Source: Bacteriovoracaceae bacterium
GTDB taxonomy: Bacteria; Bdellovibrionota; Bacteriovoracia; Bacteriovoracales; Bacteriovoracaceae
Length of the DNA stretch: 33,943 nucleotides
NCBI GenBank assembly: GCA_041586955.1
Contig: JBFGZE010000024.1
Span: forward strand, 1-33,943
Direction: 5' to 3'
Every line of letters starts with the position of its first letter. The stretch's first letter is position 1. The position numbers were made by a program, and so were the translations under genes. Positions 17,672 to 26,320 of the stretch are shown one piece after another. Below the pieces are notes generated by a model. The model searched no databases. It worked only from the letters and a program-made list of their open reading frames with translations, and had not been told where the DNA came from.

Positions 17672-18217
17672 GTGCATAATTTACTAAGATTTCTTATTTT
17701 ATTAATGTTTTTAGCTATATGTCTGACAACGGCAGTCGCATTAAAGCTGATCGAATTTCCGCTAGGCCATATTCAACTGGCCATCATAAGTTTTATTTAT
17801 ACCATTTTCGCCCAGGCATTTGTAATGTTTTATTTTATTGGAGTGTCGCGGTTAACTCAAAACGTTTACGACATTTTGAATCAAAAAGGTGATATCAAAG
17901 AGCTATTTGATAATCCCCCTGCCGACCTAGCGCCCTATCTCAAAAAAACAACAAAATTTGTTCAAGATACAACACGCTGCAAACGCCAAACAATCCCCTG
18001 GACTATGCTTATGCTAGTACTTGGAACAATTGCCTTTCTCCTGGGAGGGGCGCATGACACAGGCCTGGTCCGGAAAACAACCCATTCTGGTGTGGTTTAT
18101 GGTTTTTTAGCGGCGATGATTATTGGCTTTATCCGCCAATGGTATTATCTAGGCGTAAGCAATAAAACATTGAGAAGACTCAAGACCCTATTTGAAATAC
18201 CTCAGGGACAAATGTAA
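17672..18217 (+). CDS. Uncharacterised 4-TM membrane protein
   Basis: Four hydrophobic segments, with His residues near TM ends (GHIQL, GAHD, THSG); divergent from the HEAT gene. Start uncertain. Confidence 0.75.
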   Translation: MHNLLRFLILLMFLAICLTTAVALKLIEFPLGHIQLAIISFIYTIFAQAFVMFYFIGVSRLTQNVYDILNQKGDIKELFDNPPADLAPYLKKTTKFVQDTTRCKRQTIPWTMLMLVLGTIAFLLGGAHDTGLVRKTTHSGVVYGFLAAMIIGFIRQWYYLGVSNKTLRRLKTLFEIPQGQM

Positions 18218-18220
18218 TTT

Positions 18221-19516
18221 TTAAATACTCTTGACCCAAATGAAGACTTTATCATGACCCTTTTTAAAGGTTAGCGAGCTCGTTCTCGATTGATAAACAC
18301 GGCTATCTTCTTCTAGCGTAACACCCGATATAAATTCTTTAACTTTTTCCCGGGGCACGTAAATATTATAATAATGGCCCCCCGGCACCATTGTGCCCGG
18401 CCTTACATTATCAACTTGCTCTATTGGGAATTGTGATAAAACTTGTTTCAACTTTTCAGTAGTAGTCGCAGTATCGCTCGATCGAATCATAATGCGATAA
18501 ACTTTTGTCCGTCCATAACGAGTATCTCGATAGCCTCTTTTAAGAACTTCCTCATAAAGTGAGGTTTCGCCATCTGTCGTATCAATATCTTGCTGGGAAT
18601 CAATGGATGTCAAAATTGTTTCCGATTCCGTTTCGTATCGCTTCTCTTCTTCGGGTATTTCCAGCTCAAGACGGTTTTCGATCTCTGCTTTTTCTAAATC
18701 TTCAACATTGAGATTAAATTTAGATTTCCCTTCTTTAACCTTTTCTTGAAAAACCAGTTTATGATTTAGCCACTTTAATTGGGGCTCATAAATTGAAATT
18801 TTATCCGCTAAGTGCTTCTGATACCATTTATTGACATGAATAATCGCGACTACTGAAACATAGCCAAATAACATAAGAAAGGCAAAATCTCTAAGCCAGT
18901 AAATAAAGCGACGTCTCTTTTCCCTAGAAAAGTCATTCTTTTTTTTATTTTTATTTTTTCCTGAATTTGAATAAAGGGAAACAATATTATCCCAATCTTC
19001 ATAAAGCGTAATCTCAAGAGATCGAAGAATTTCATCCTCACGAGTACCTTGTGTAATAAGTGTGTTACGCCCTAAGTATTTTTTTAAGTTCTCCACACGA
19101 CGGTCAACACTCGAAGAGAACTCATTGGAAATATGAAAGAACGAAGATAATTTTTGCTCTTCTTCCGGAAATCGTTCTAAAAAATAATTGCGCAAAGTGA
19201 GTGCGATATGGCCAACTGGACGATTGGCCATTTCAGATAATTCAATGATCGATAAATCTTTATACAAAAAAATAAACGAAATATACTTATCCAATAACCA
19301 ATCAAACCAGGATAGGATTGGACCAATATTAACCTTACTTTTTAAAAGGTCGAAAATCTTAAAAATCCAATTCAAAGGCTGATTTTCAAGTTGGAGCATG
19401 AGACCATTCCACACCTTATCAAAGGATTCCCGGTTACGCCCCTGCCAAGTAATGGCCTCAACATCAAGCTGAAGCCATTTTTCAAATTTTTCAATATCGG
19501 TTTTTTCTAATTCCAT
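18221..19516 (-). CDS. Hypothetical bitopic membrane protein with possible N-terminal HTH
   Basis: 431-aa ORF; central TM preceded by a basic patch (REKRRR); LSIIELSEMANRPVGHIALTLR resembles an HTH; its ATG abuts the thiolase stop. Confidence 0.7.
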   Translation of the reverse strand: MELEKTDIEKFEKWLQLDVEAITWQGRNRESFDKVWNGLMLQLENQPLNWIFKIFDLLKSKVNIGPILSWFDWLLDKYISFIFLYKDLSIIELSEMANRPVGHIALTLRNYFLERFPEEEQKLSSFFHISNEFSSSVDRRVENLKKYLGRNTLITQGTREDEILRSLEITLYEDWDNIVSLYSNSGKNKNKKKNDFSREKRRRFIYWLRDFAFLMLFGYVSVVAIIHVNKWYQKHLADKISIYEPQLKWLNHKLVFQEKVKEGKSKFNLNVEDLEKAEIENRLELEIPEEEKRYETESETILTSIDSQQDIDTTDGETSLYEEVLKRGYRDTRYGRTKVYRIMIRSSDTATTTEKLKQVLSQFPIEQVDNVRPGTMVPGGHYYNIYVPREKVKEFISGVTLEEDSRVYQSRTSSLTFKKGHDKVFIWVKSI

Positions 19517-20728
19517 TTATAAATCACATGAGCGAATTAATAGAGAAATACCTTGGCCTCCTCCGATACAAGCAGAAGCGATCCCTGTCTTTTTACCTAC
19601 TGTCTTTAATTGGCGAGCAAGAGTCAAGGAAATCCGGGTGCCCGTCGCAGCCAGAGGATGGCCTAATGCAATCGCTCCTCCCCAAATATTTAATTTATTC
19701 TCAGGGATACCTAATTCTTTTTGACAGGCCAAAACCTGAGGGGCGAAGGCCTCGTTAACTTCAAAAAGGTCAATGTCTTCAATGCTTAAGTCATGACGCG
19801 AAAGAAGTTGTGAAATCGCAGGAACTGGCCCTATTCCCATAATGGAGGGGTCAACCCCCACAACAACCCCATCAACTAATTCTGCCATTGGTGTTATTGA
19901 GTTTTCCTTAACAAAAGATTCGCTGGCAATCACGATAGTACAAGCGCCGTCTACAATCCCCGAAGCGGTCGCAGGCGTAACTGTTCCGGCCTTCTCAAAT
20001 GATGGGTTTAATTTTGATAATTCTTCGCTATTAATACTCTCTCTAAAGTGTTCATCTTTAACGATATTTTTCCCTCGAACTTCAACTGAACAAATCTCTC
20101 CCTGCAAATGACCTTCTTGATAGGCCTTGGCCACTTTTTGATGAGAAGAAACAGCGTAAGACTCGCACTCCTCTCGCGAAATATCATATTTTTTAGCAAG
20201 GTTTTCAGCTGTCACGCCCATTGGCATTTGACTATATTGATCAGTTAAAGAATCTAGAAGCATATCAACACTTTTTAGACTGCCATACTTTTGCCCGAAA
20301 CGGGCACCGTAGGTCAAATGAGGGATTAATGACATATTCTCTGTGCCTGCGCATATAATGGTCTGTGCTTCGCCGGAACGAATTAACCTCATCCCATCTA
20401 ATAACACCTGAATACCTGAACCACATAGCCTGTTAACGACATAACCTGGTGTACTTATGGGGCAACCCAATTTTAAAGCGAGGTGGCGACCACCATAAAG
20501 ACAATCTGTTGTTGATGGACAAACATTGCCTAAAATAACCTGATCTATCTGATCGGGAGATATTCCAGAGTTTGTCAGTGCAACTTTGCCCGCTTCCACG
20601 GCCAGGTCAACCGGAGAAATTTTCTGAAGGGCGCCTCCAAAACGGCCAAAGGGGGTCCGTGCACCGGCGATTAGAAAAACCTTTTCCTTATCATTACGAG
20701 TAGTTAGGGGTCTCGCGCTATTGGTCAT
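19517..20728 (-). CDS. Thiolase (acetyl-CoA C-acyltransferase)
   Basis: RTPFG, NRLCGSG, NEAFA, GHPLAATG, CIGGGQG. Start placed at ATG 20728 behind AAGGAGG. Confidence 0.96.
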   Translation of the reverse strand: MTNSARPLTTRNDKEKVFLIAGARTPFGRFGGALQKISPVDLAVEAGKVALTNSGISPDQIDQVILGNVCPSTTDCLYGGRHLALKLGCPISTPGYVVNRLCGSGIQVLLDGMRLIRSGEAQTIICAGTENMSLIPHLTYGARFGQKYGSLKSVDMLLDSLTDQYSQMPMGVTAENLAKKYDISREECESYAVSSHQKVAKAYQEGHLQGEICSVEVRGKNIVKDEHFRESINSEELSKLNPSFEKAGTVTPATASGIVDGACTIVIASESFVKENSITPMAELVDGVVVGVDPSIMGIGPVPAISQLLSRHDLSIEDIDLFEVNEAFAPQVLACQKELGIPENKLNIWGGAIALGHPLAATGTRISLTLARQLKTVGKKTGIASACIGGGQGISLLIRSCDL

Positions 20729-20813
20729 TTTTTCCTCCTTGTGGCAAACGAACCTCTCCATTAGCCTTTATAATAGAATGCCCGGCGGGCTTTTCCAAAT
20801 TATAAGGTGAATC

Positions 20814-21233
20814 ATGGCCGATATATCTCAAATTCAATACAAGCGATTCAAAGAAAGCGAAAATAAGCGCATTAGTCATGATATGAAGAAGCTGAAGAAT
20901 AAAAATGATGATGCCTATAGAAAAAAGGTCAAGTCTCACGAGCATACGATGACCCGTATGACTGAAGAATATGAGCAAAAGATACGCAATCTTGATATTG
21001 AACTTCAACGTAAATTGATCGCTCTCCGAAATAAACAAAAGGCCGTCATTAAAGAAGAAAATCTTCGATTAGGAGAGGAGGTTGAAAACCTTAAAAAGGT
21101 TCACGGCGACCAAGTCGCAGAAATCAAAATCTCTCATAAAAATGAAATCAACGATTTAAATGAATCTCATCGACGGGCCCTAGAGAACGCAGAGACAAGA
21201 TACATTAAAGAAAAAACGAAATGGGAAGTTTAA
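20814..21233 (+). CDS. Hypothetical highly charged coiled-coil protein
   Basis: 139 aa, K/E-rich with heptad character and no Pro; AAGGTGA SD; cotranscribed with the next gene. Confidence 0.75.
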   Translation: MADISQIQYKRFKESENKRISHDMKKLKNKNDDAYRKKVKSHEHTMTRMTEEYEQKIRNLDIELQRKLIALRNKQKAVIKEENLRLGEEVENLKKVHGDQVAEIKISHKNEINDLNESHRRALENAETRYIKEKTKWEV

Positions 21234-21246
21234 ACAAGGAACTTAA

Positions 21247-21675
21247 ATGACTGCAAAATCTGAAAAAGGATATTTTATTAACGGTAAAGCTCAAGCGATT
21301 GAGATGTTGCAGTACATGACACCAGAAGAACGTGAAAAAATACTCTCTATTATAAAAACAAGAAATCCCCAATTGGCATCAGAGTTAATGGAAAAAAGTA
21401 TTAGCTTCGCTAATATTACTCAAATTCAAGATGAAGACTTCCGTTATATCTTTCACTTCATCACTGCTCCAATTATGGGTATGGCGATAAAAACTCTGCC
21501 TAAAGAAACACAACGTAAAATTCTCAAACTAGCGCCGAGAAATTATGCAGAGGAAGCTTTTAAAGTTATGACAACCGCCTTATCTAACGAAGCTGATAAA
21601 ATTAAGCGATCTCAAGAAAAAGTCGCCTCTTTAATGGGAACTCTCATTAAAAGAGGTCAGATTACTTTCCATTAA
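21247..21675 (+). CDS. Stand-alone FliG C-terminal-domain-like protein
   Basis: NGKAQAIEML..M...EREKIL..I...NPQLASEL...SISF.NI and SQEKV...M..LIKRGQI parallel the FliG GG-linker, MFxF and C-terminal helices; AAGGA SD. Confidence 0.7.
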   Translation: MTAKSEKGYFINGKAQAIEMLQYMTPEEREKILSIIKTRNPQLASELMEKSISFANITQIQDEDFRYIFHFITAPIMGMAIKTLPKETQRKILKLAPRNYAEEAFKVMTTALSNEADKIKRSQEKVASLMGTLIKRGQITFH

Positions 21676-21677
21676 GC

Positions 21678-22118
21678 TTACTCTTTTCTGTAATCTAAAA
21701 TTATTTTTCGATAGCGAAGTATTTCCTCTTCGCTTAATTCGACTAAATATTTCTGATCATTGTGGATACGATGCTCGCTCATCAAATCGATCAATGAATT
21801 GAGCCGACCACATAGAGTATTGATAATATCATTAATCCACTCGGGGCATTTTGTAAGAACTGATTGAATATCCTGAATAGGAACATGAACCAATTCTGAT
21901 TCGGAATAAGCGATCGCAACGAGGCCTCTATCTTTATTTTGCAGAGCTGAGATTTCACCTACAATATCCTTTACCCCTGCTGTATCAACATGAAGAAAAG
22001 TAGAGCCTTCGCCTTCCTTAAAAAGAAGAATTTTGCCAGACTTTACAATATAGAGCCCATCGGGAAAATCCGTTTGATCAAAGAGAACTTTATTTCGTGT
22101 TAATATTTTAGTTTTCAT
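21678..22118 (-). CDS. Cyclic nucleotide-binding domain protein (no HTH)
   Basis: LFDQTD...LYIVKSGKI, VGEISAL...R...A pattern; 146 aa, too short for a full Crp. Confidence 0.85.
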   Translation of the reverse strand: MKTKILTRNKVLFDQTDFPDGLYIVKSGKILLFKEGEGSTFLHVDTAGVKDIVGEISALQNKDRGLVAIAYSESELVHVPIQDIQSVLTKCPEWINDIINTLCGRLNSLIDLMSEHRIHNDQKYLVELSEEEILRYRKIILDYRKE

Positions 22119-22121
22119 AAC

Positions 22122-23021
22122 TCAAATACCAAATTTAGTATCAATTTTTCCTGCCAATAGTGTACCATATCTTAGGCCTCGGGCCGAAATAAATAGCTCC
22201 CTTTGATCTAAATGCTCCATGACTCTCATTAAAATGACTAATCCTCCCAAGAGTGAGGATGATCTCTTCCCTAGAATGGGAAATCGACTTAGCAATTCTT
22301 GAGGAGAGAAAAATTCTATCTCTTTCCACAAACTCTTAAGTGCATGAAGTTTAAGTACGTAACCGTCAACTTCCTCCCTCGAGAAATGGTTCGCCTCTAA
22401 TAAAATCATGGCCAAAGAAACAATTGTTCCTGCAACACCTATTGCTTTATTGCATTGATAATTTTCTTTGGCGATTGAATTGATGACTTTTGACAATTGA
22501 TCCTCAACATTCCCCTTCAAAATCCAATCACTGCATCGAACGGAGCCCATGGGAAAGCTTTGATCGTAAATGATGTTTCCATTTCCATCTATTTTAATAA
22601 GCTCAGTTGAGGCACCACCGATGTCAATAATAAGAAAATTTTCACTTCCTTTAACCTCAAATCCAGAAAGGACTCCTTTAGCGGTGTAAAAGGCCTCCCC
22701 TGCACCTGAAATTAATTGAATATTAAATCCCAATTGCTCTTTAATTTTTTTAAAAAAGGGGCCAGAATTATTCACAACACGAGAGGCCTCTGTCGCGGTA
22801 ATGATAACATCTTCTGGCCTTATTTGATGATCCGCCAATAAGGTTTTGTACTCACTCAGAACCGAAAAGGTCGCGTCCATCGATTCGTCAGAGAATAATT
22901 TTGTGTCATCGATATTCTTACCGAGACCGGTAATGCGACTTTCATCGATGAGTATGGTATCCTTGTCCATCGCCAAAAGAAGTACGGAATTAGAACCAAT
23001 ATCAATCGATGCTTTTTTCAT
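22122..23021 (-). CDS. ppx: Ppx/GppA family phosphatase (short form)
   Basis: SIDIGSNS, TATEASR, ISGAGEA, IDIGGASTE, GVAGT, GLRYG. Confidence 0.92.
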   Translation of the reverse strand: MKKASIDIGSNSVLLLAMDKDTILIDESRITGLGKNIDDTKLFSDESMDATFSVLSEYKTLLADHQIRPEDVIITATEASRVVNNSGPFFKKIKEQLGFNIQLISGAGEAFYTAKGVLSGFEVKGSENFLIIDIGGASTELIKIDGNGNIIYDQSFPMGSVRCSDWILKGNVEDQLSKVINSIAKENYQCNKAIGVAGTIVSLAMILLEANHFSREEVDGYVLKLHALKSLWKEIEFFSPQELLSRFPILGKRSSSLLGGLVILMRVMEHLDQRELFISARGLRYGTLLAGKIDTKFGI

Positions 23022-24080
23022 TTAAGATCCCACAATATCAGATAAATTATTGCTATCAACGGGTTGAATTAGGCCCTTTTCACAAATAATACCAGTGATA
23101 TGCTGATTAGAAGTGACATCAAAACTTGGATTTAGCGCAGTAGAGGATTTGGGAGCTATTTGCACGCCTTTATATTGAAGAATTTCCTCTTCTGGCCTTA
23201 ATTCAATATTAATCCCATCTCCATTGGCAGTCGAGAGATCAAAAGAACTGGTGGGTGCTACGACATAAAATGGTACACCGTAATGTTGGGCAATAATGGC
23301 CAGAGAAGAGCTCCCAATTTTATTGGCCGTATCTCCATTGGCAGCAATTCGGTCAGCTCCTATAAAAATGGCATCCACAAGTTTATTCTGTAATAAATAA
23401 GAAGCAGCACCTTCGACAACGATATTATGCTCAATTCCCTCTTTCGCCATTTCATAAGCGGTAAGTCGAGAACCTTGTAAGTAAGGACGAGTCTCGCTAG
23501 CATAGGCATGTTCTAGCTTATCTTGAGAGTGCATATATGAAATGACTCCTAATGCGGTTCCCATAGGCCCACAGGCAAGGTACCCAGTATTACATAAAGT
23601 CATTAAACGTAATTTTTTAGAACCAAATTTTTTTTGTAGTTCTTGTTCTGCGATTTTCGCCATCGCTATATTGTCATCATAAAGTTTTTGCATCTGACAA
23701 AGGGCAAAGTCCTTTAGCTTTTCGTAGAATCCTTCAAAGTTATCGTTTTCTGCGAAATACTTCCTACCCATGGTTAAACAATTGCGGGCCTCAAACTCTA
23801 AATTAACGGCAGTGGGACGCGCGGTGATGATATAATTTACCGCTTGTTCAAATTCAGAAATAATAAACGTGGGATTATTTTTAACCCATAAGACTAAACC
23901 CCAAATTGCGGTGAATCCGATTAAAGGAGCTCCTCGCACGACCATTTCTTTAATACAAGAATGAGTTTCTTCTAGGTTGCGACAATTAATATAGGTTTCT
24001 TTTATTGGTAATGCCCTTTGATCCAAAAGATATAATGTTTCATTTTCCCATTTTAAGGGGGCATCAACTTTTCCAAACAT
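23022..24080 (-). CDS. mtnA: S-methyl-5-thioribose-1-phosphate isomerase
   Basis: LLDQRALP, MVVRGAPLIG, ARPTAVNL, CNTG.LA, ETRPYLQGSRLTAYE, GADRIAANGDTANKIG, NPSFDVT. Start placed at ATG 24080. Confidence 0.95.
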   Translation of the reverse strand: MFGKVDAPLKWENETLYLLDQRALPIKETYINCRNLEETHSCIKEMVVRGAPLIGFTAIWGLVLWVKNNPTFIISEFEQAVNYIITARPTAVNLEFEARNCLTMGRKYFAENDNFEGFYEKLKDFALCQMQKLYDDNIAMAKIAEQELQKKFGSKKLRLMTLCNTGYLACGPMGTALGVISYMHSQDKLEHAYASETRPYLQGSRLTAYEMAKEGIEHNIVVEGAASYLLQNKLVDAIFIGADRIAANGDTANKIGSSSLAIIAQHYGVPFYVVAPTSSFDLSTANGDGINIELRPEEEILQYKGVQIAPKSSTALNPSFDVTSNQHITGIICEKGLIQPVDSNNLSDIVGS

Positions 24081-24088
24081 AAGGCCTC

Positions 24089-26311
24089 TCACATTCTTTG
24101 TAAGGGTGCAAACTTCACCATAAATTTCTTTTTAGTTCCATCGTTAAACTGGACGACCACTTTATCATCTGATCCTAGGCCTTGGCTTTCAATCACCTTT
24201 CCCGAACCATATAGAGCGTGAAGAATTCCTTCACCTTTTCGGTAAGTAGAATTTTCCACTGCCACTTTTTTAGAATAATAAACTTTTTCCTCTTCAATTG
24301 GATAATCGAGAACATCATCATCCCATCCAGAATCATCTGACTGATAAGAAGACTTTTTTTCTTTGTACCAATTATAATATTTATTTGGAATTTCAATGAT
24401 AAAGCGACTTGGCCCATTAAACTTTAATTGCCCAAAAAGCATTCGCCCCTGAGCAAAACATATATACAACTTCTTCATGGCCCTCGTCATTGCCACGTAA
24501 AAAAGTCTTCTCTCCTCTTCTAATGCCATCTCTCCCATTTCCAAGCTTCGATAACTGGGGAAAACATTTTCCTCCACTCCTGTAACGAAAACATAAGGAA
24601 ATTCAAGTCCCTTGGCGCCATGAACGGTCATTAGAGAGATCTCACCTTTCTCTGCTTCTTCTAAGTCTTCATTCATGCTCTGATCTAAGGTAATATTTTC
24701 TAAGAAGGTTCCAATACCACCATCAGGATTAGTTTCTTCAAATTGGCTAAATGCGTTTCCTAATTCTTCTAGGTTTTCCATCCTCGCCATTGATTCATAA
24801 TCTTTTGATGCTCGTAAATACTCCCAATAGCCTGATTCATGTAAGGCCTTTTCAAAAATTAAGGATGGGGACTCCTTGGCCTGGTCGAGGGCCATTAATT
24901 CTTGATTAAGACAAACAAAGTCCTGTAAAGAACTGCGTATTTTAGCACTTAAGCGCAAATGCTTATAACTTTCATAATCACTGGTCACCAATTCACATAA
25001 TTCCCAAAGTGAAAGACTGCGCTGAACGGCCTCATTTTCAAGCTTTCGCAAGGTCGTTGCTCCAATCCCTCGCGCCGGTACATTAATAATTCGACTTAAA
25101 GCGAGCGAATCCTTTTGGTTAACAACTAAACGCAAATAGGCCAATAGATCTTTAACTTCTTTTCTTTCATAAAACTTAATGCCACCAATTATGCGATAAG
25201 GAAGACGTACTTTTCTCAAATAATCTTCAATCAAGCGAGACTGAGAGTTGGTGCGATAAAAAATCGCCATATCGCTCCAAGGAACATTCTCTTGGCCAAT
25301 TTTTTGGATTTCTTCCGTGATATACTCAGCTTCTCTTTTGTCACTATCAAGCTCACAAATAAGAATCGACTCCCCCTCAGGGTTGGCGGTCCACATACTC
25401 TTCCCTTTTCTTTGGGTATTGCGGGAAATAACATGGGAAGCGGCTTCAATAATATTTTTACAAGAGCGATAATTTTGCTCTAATTTTAAAATTTCGGCCT
25501 CTGGATATATTTTTTCAAATTCCAAAATATTATTAATATCGGCGCCTCGCCAGGAATAAATAGACTGATCCTCATCGCCAACAACACAGATATTGCGATG
25601 AGACTCAGACAACATCCTCACCAAGAGAAATTGAGCGCGGTTTGTATCCTGGTATTCATCCACCAGCAGGTAATTAAATCTCTCTTGATAGCGCTTTAAA
25701 ACATCTGGGTATTTTTCGAATAATTCGATCACACCTGTAATAAGGCCGCCAAAATCTGTTGCGTTAGCCCGGTGAAGCTCAGACTCATATTCAAGATAAT
25801 AATCATAAAAGGGGTCTTCTTTTTCCCCTTCCAATAGGCGCTCATCTGTACCAGGATAATGCCCTCTATTTCTCAATTCTTCGATGAAGTTCAGAATTTC
25901 AAAAGGACTGATTTCTTTGGTACTCACCCCTCGCCGCTGGAGTAACGTTTTAACAACAGCTTTGGATTCTGAGGTATCATAGATCGTAAAGTTTTTAGAT
26001 AGGCCAAGGTAATTGGCCTCACTTCTTAATAGGCGTGCACAAAAGCTATGAAAGGTCGTAACCTGCAAGGCCCCAATGTCTGAGGAGACCTCCTTAGCAA
26101 TTCTCTCTCGCATCTCGCGGGCCGCTTTATTGGAGAAGGTTAGAGCGAGCACACGAAAGGGACTCACTCCTTTTTCTCTCAATAAATAGCAAATTCGGGA
26201 AACTAAGGTTCTCGTTTTACCGGAGCCTGCTCCTGCCAAAACCATGGAAGGACCTTTCACATTTAAAACAGCTTGTCGCTGTGCTTCATTTAAATTTTCT
26301 AGATTAAACAT
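24089..26311 (-). CDS. uvrD: UvrD/PcrA family DNA helicase
   Basis: AGAGSGKT, TFSNKAAREM, VDEYQDTN, VGDEDQSIYSWRGA, LEQNYRS, TVHGAKGLEF, EERRLFYVAMTRA, C-terminal Tudor-like domain. Confidence 0.96.
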   Translation of the reverse strand: MFNLENLNEAQRQAVLNVKGPSMVLAGAGSGKTRTLVSRICYLLREKGVSPFRVLALTFSNKAAREMRERIAKEVSSDIGALQVTTFHSFCARLLRSEANYLGLSKNFTIYDTSESKAVVKTLLQRRGVSTKEISPFEILNFIEELRNRGHYPGTDERLLEGEKEDPFYDYYLEYESELHRANATDFGGLITGVIELFEKYPDVLKRYQERFNYLLVDEYQDTNRAQFLLVRMLSESHRNICVVGDEDQSIYSWRGADINNILEFEKIYPEAEILKLEQNYRSCKNIIEAASHVISRNTQRKGKSMWTANPEGESILICELDSDKREAEYITEEIQKIGQENVPWSDMAIFYRTNSQSRLIEDYLRKVRLPYRIIGGIKFYERKEVKDLLAYLRLVVNQKDSLALSRIINVPARGIGATTLRKLENEAVQRSLSLWELCELVTSDYESYKHLRLSAKIRSSLQDFVCLNQELMALDQAKESPSLIFEKALHESGYWEYLRASKDYESMARMENLEELGNAFSQFEETNPDGGIGTFLENITLDQSMNEDLEEAEKGEISLMTVHGAKGLEFPYVFVTGVEENVFPSYRSLEMGEMALEEERRLFYVAMTRAMKKLYICFAQGRMLFGQLKFNGPSRFIIEIPNKYYNWYKEKKSSYQSDDSGWDDDVLDYPIEEEKVYYSKKVAVENSTYRKGEGILHALYGSGKVIESQGLGSDDKVVVQFNDGTKKKFMVKFAPLQRM

Positions 26312-26320
26312 ATCCCTTTT

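Noticed and set aside
20718..21038. 106-aa hydrophobic minus-strand ORF
   Set aside because: Antisense shadow of the K/E-rich coiled-coil gene, which has a proper SD and an operon partner.
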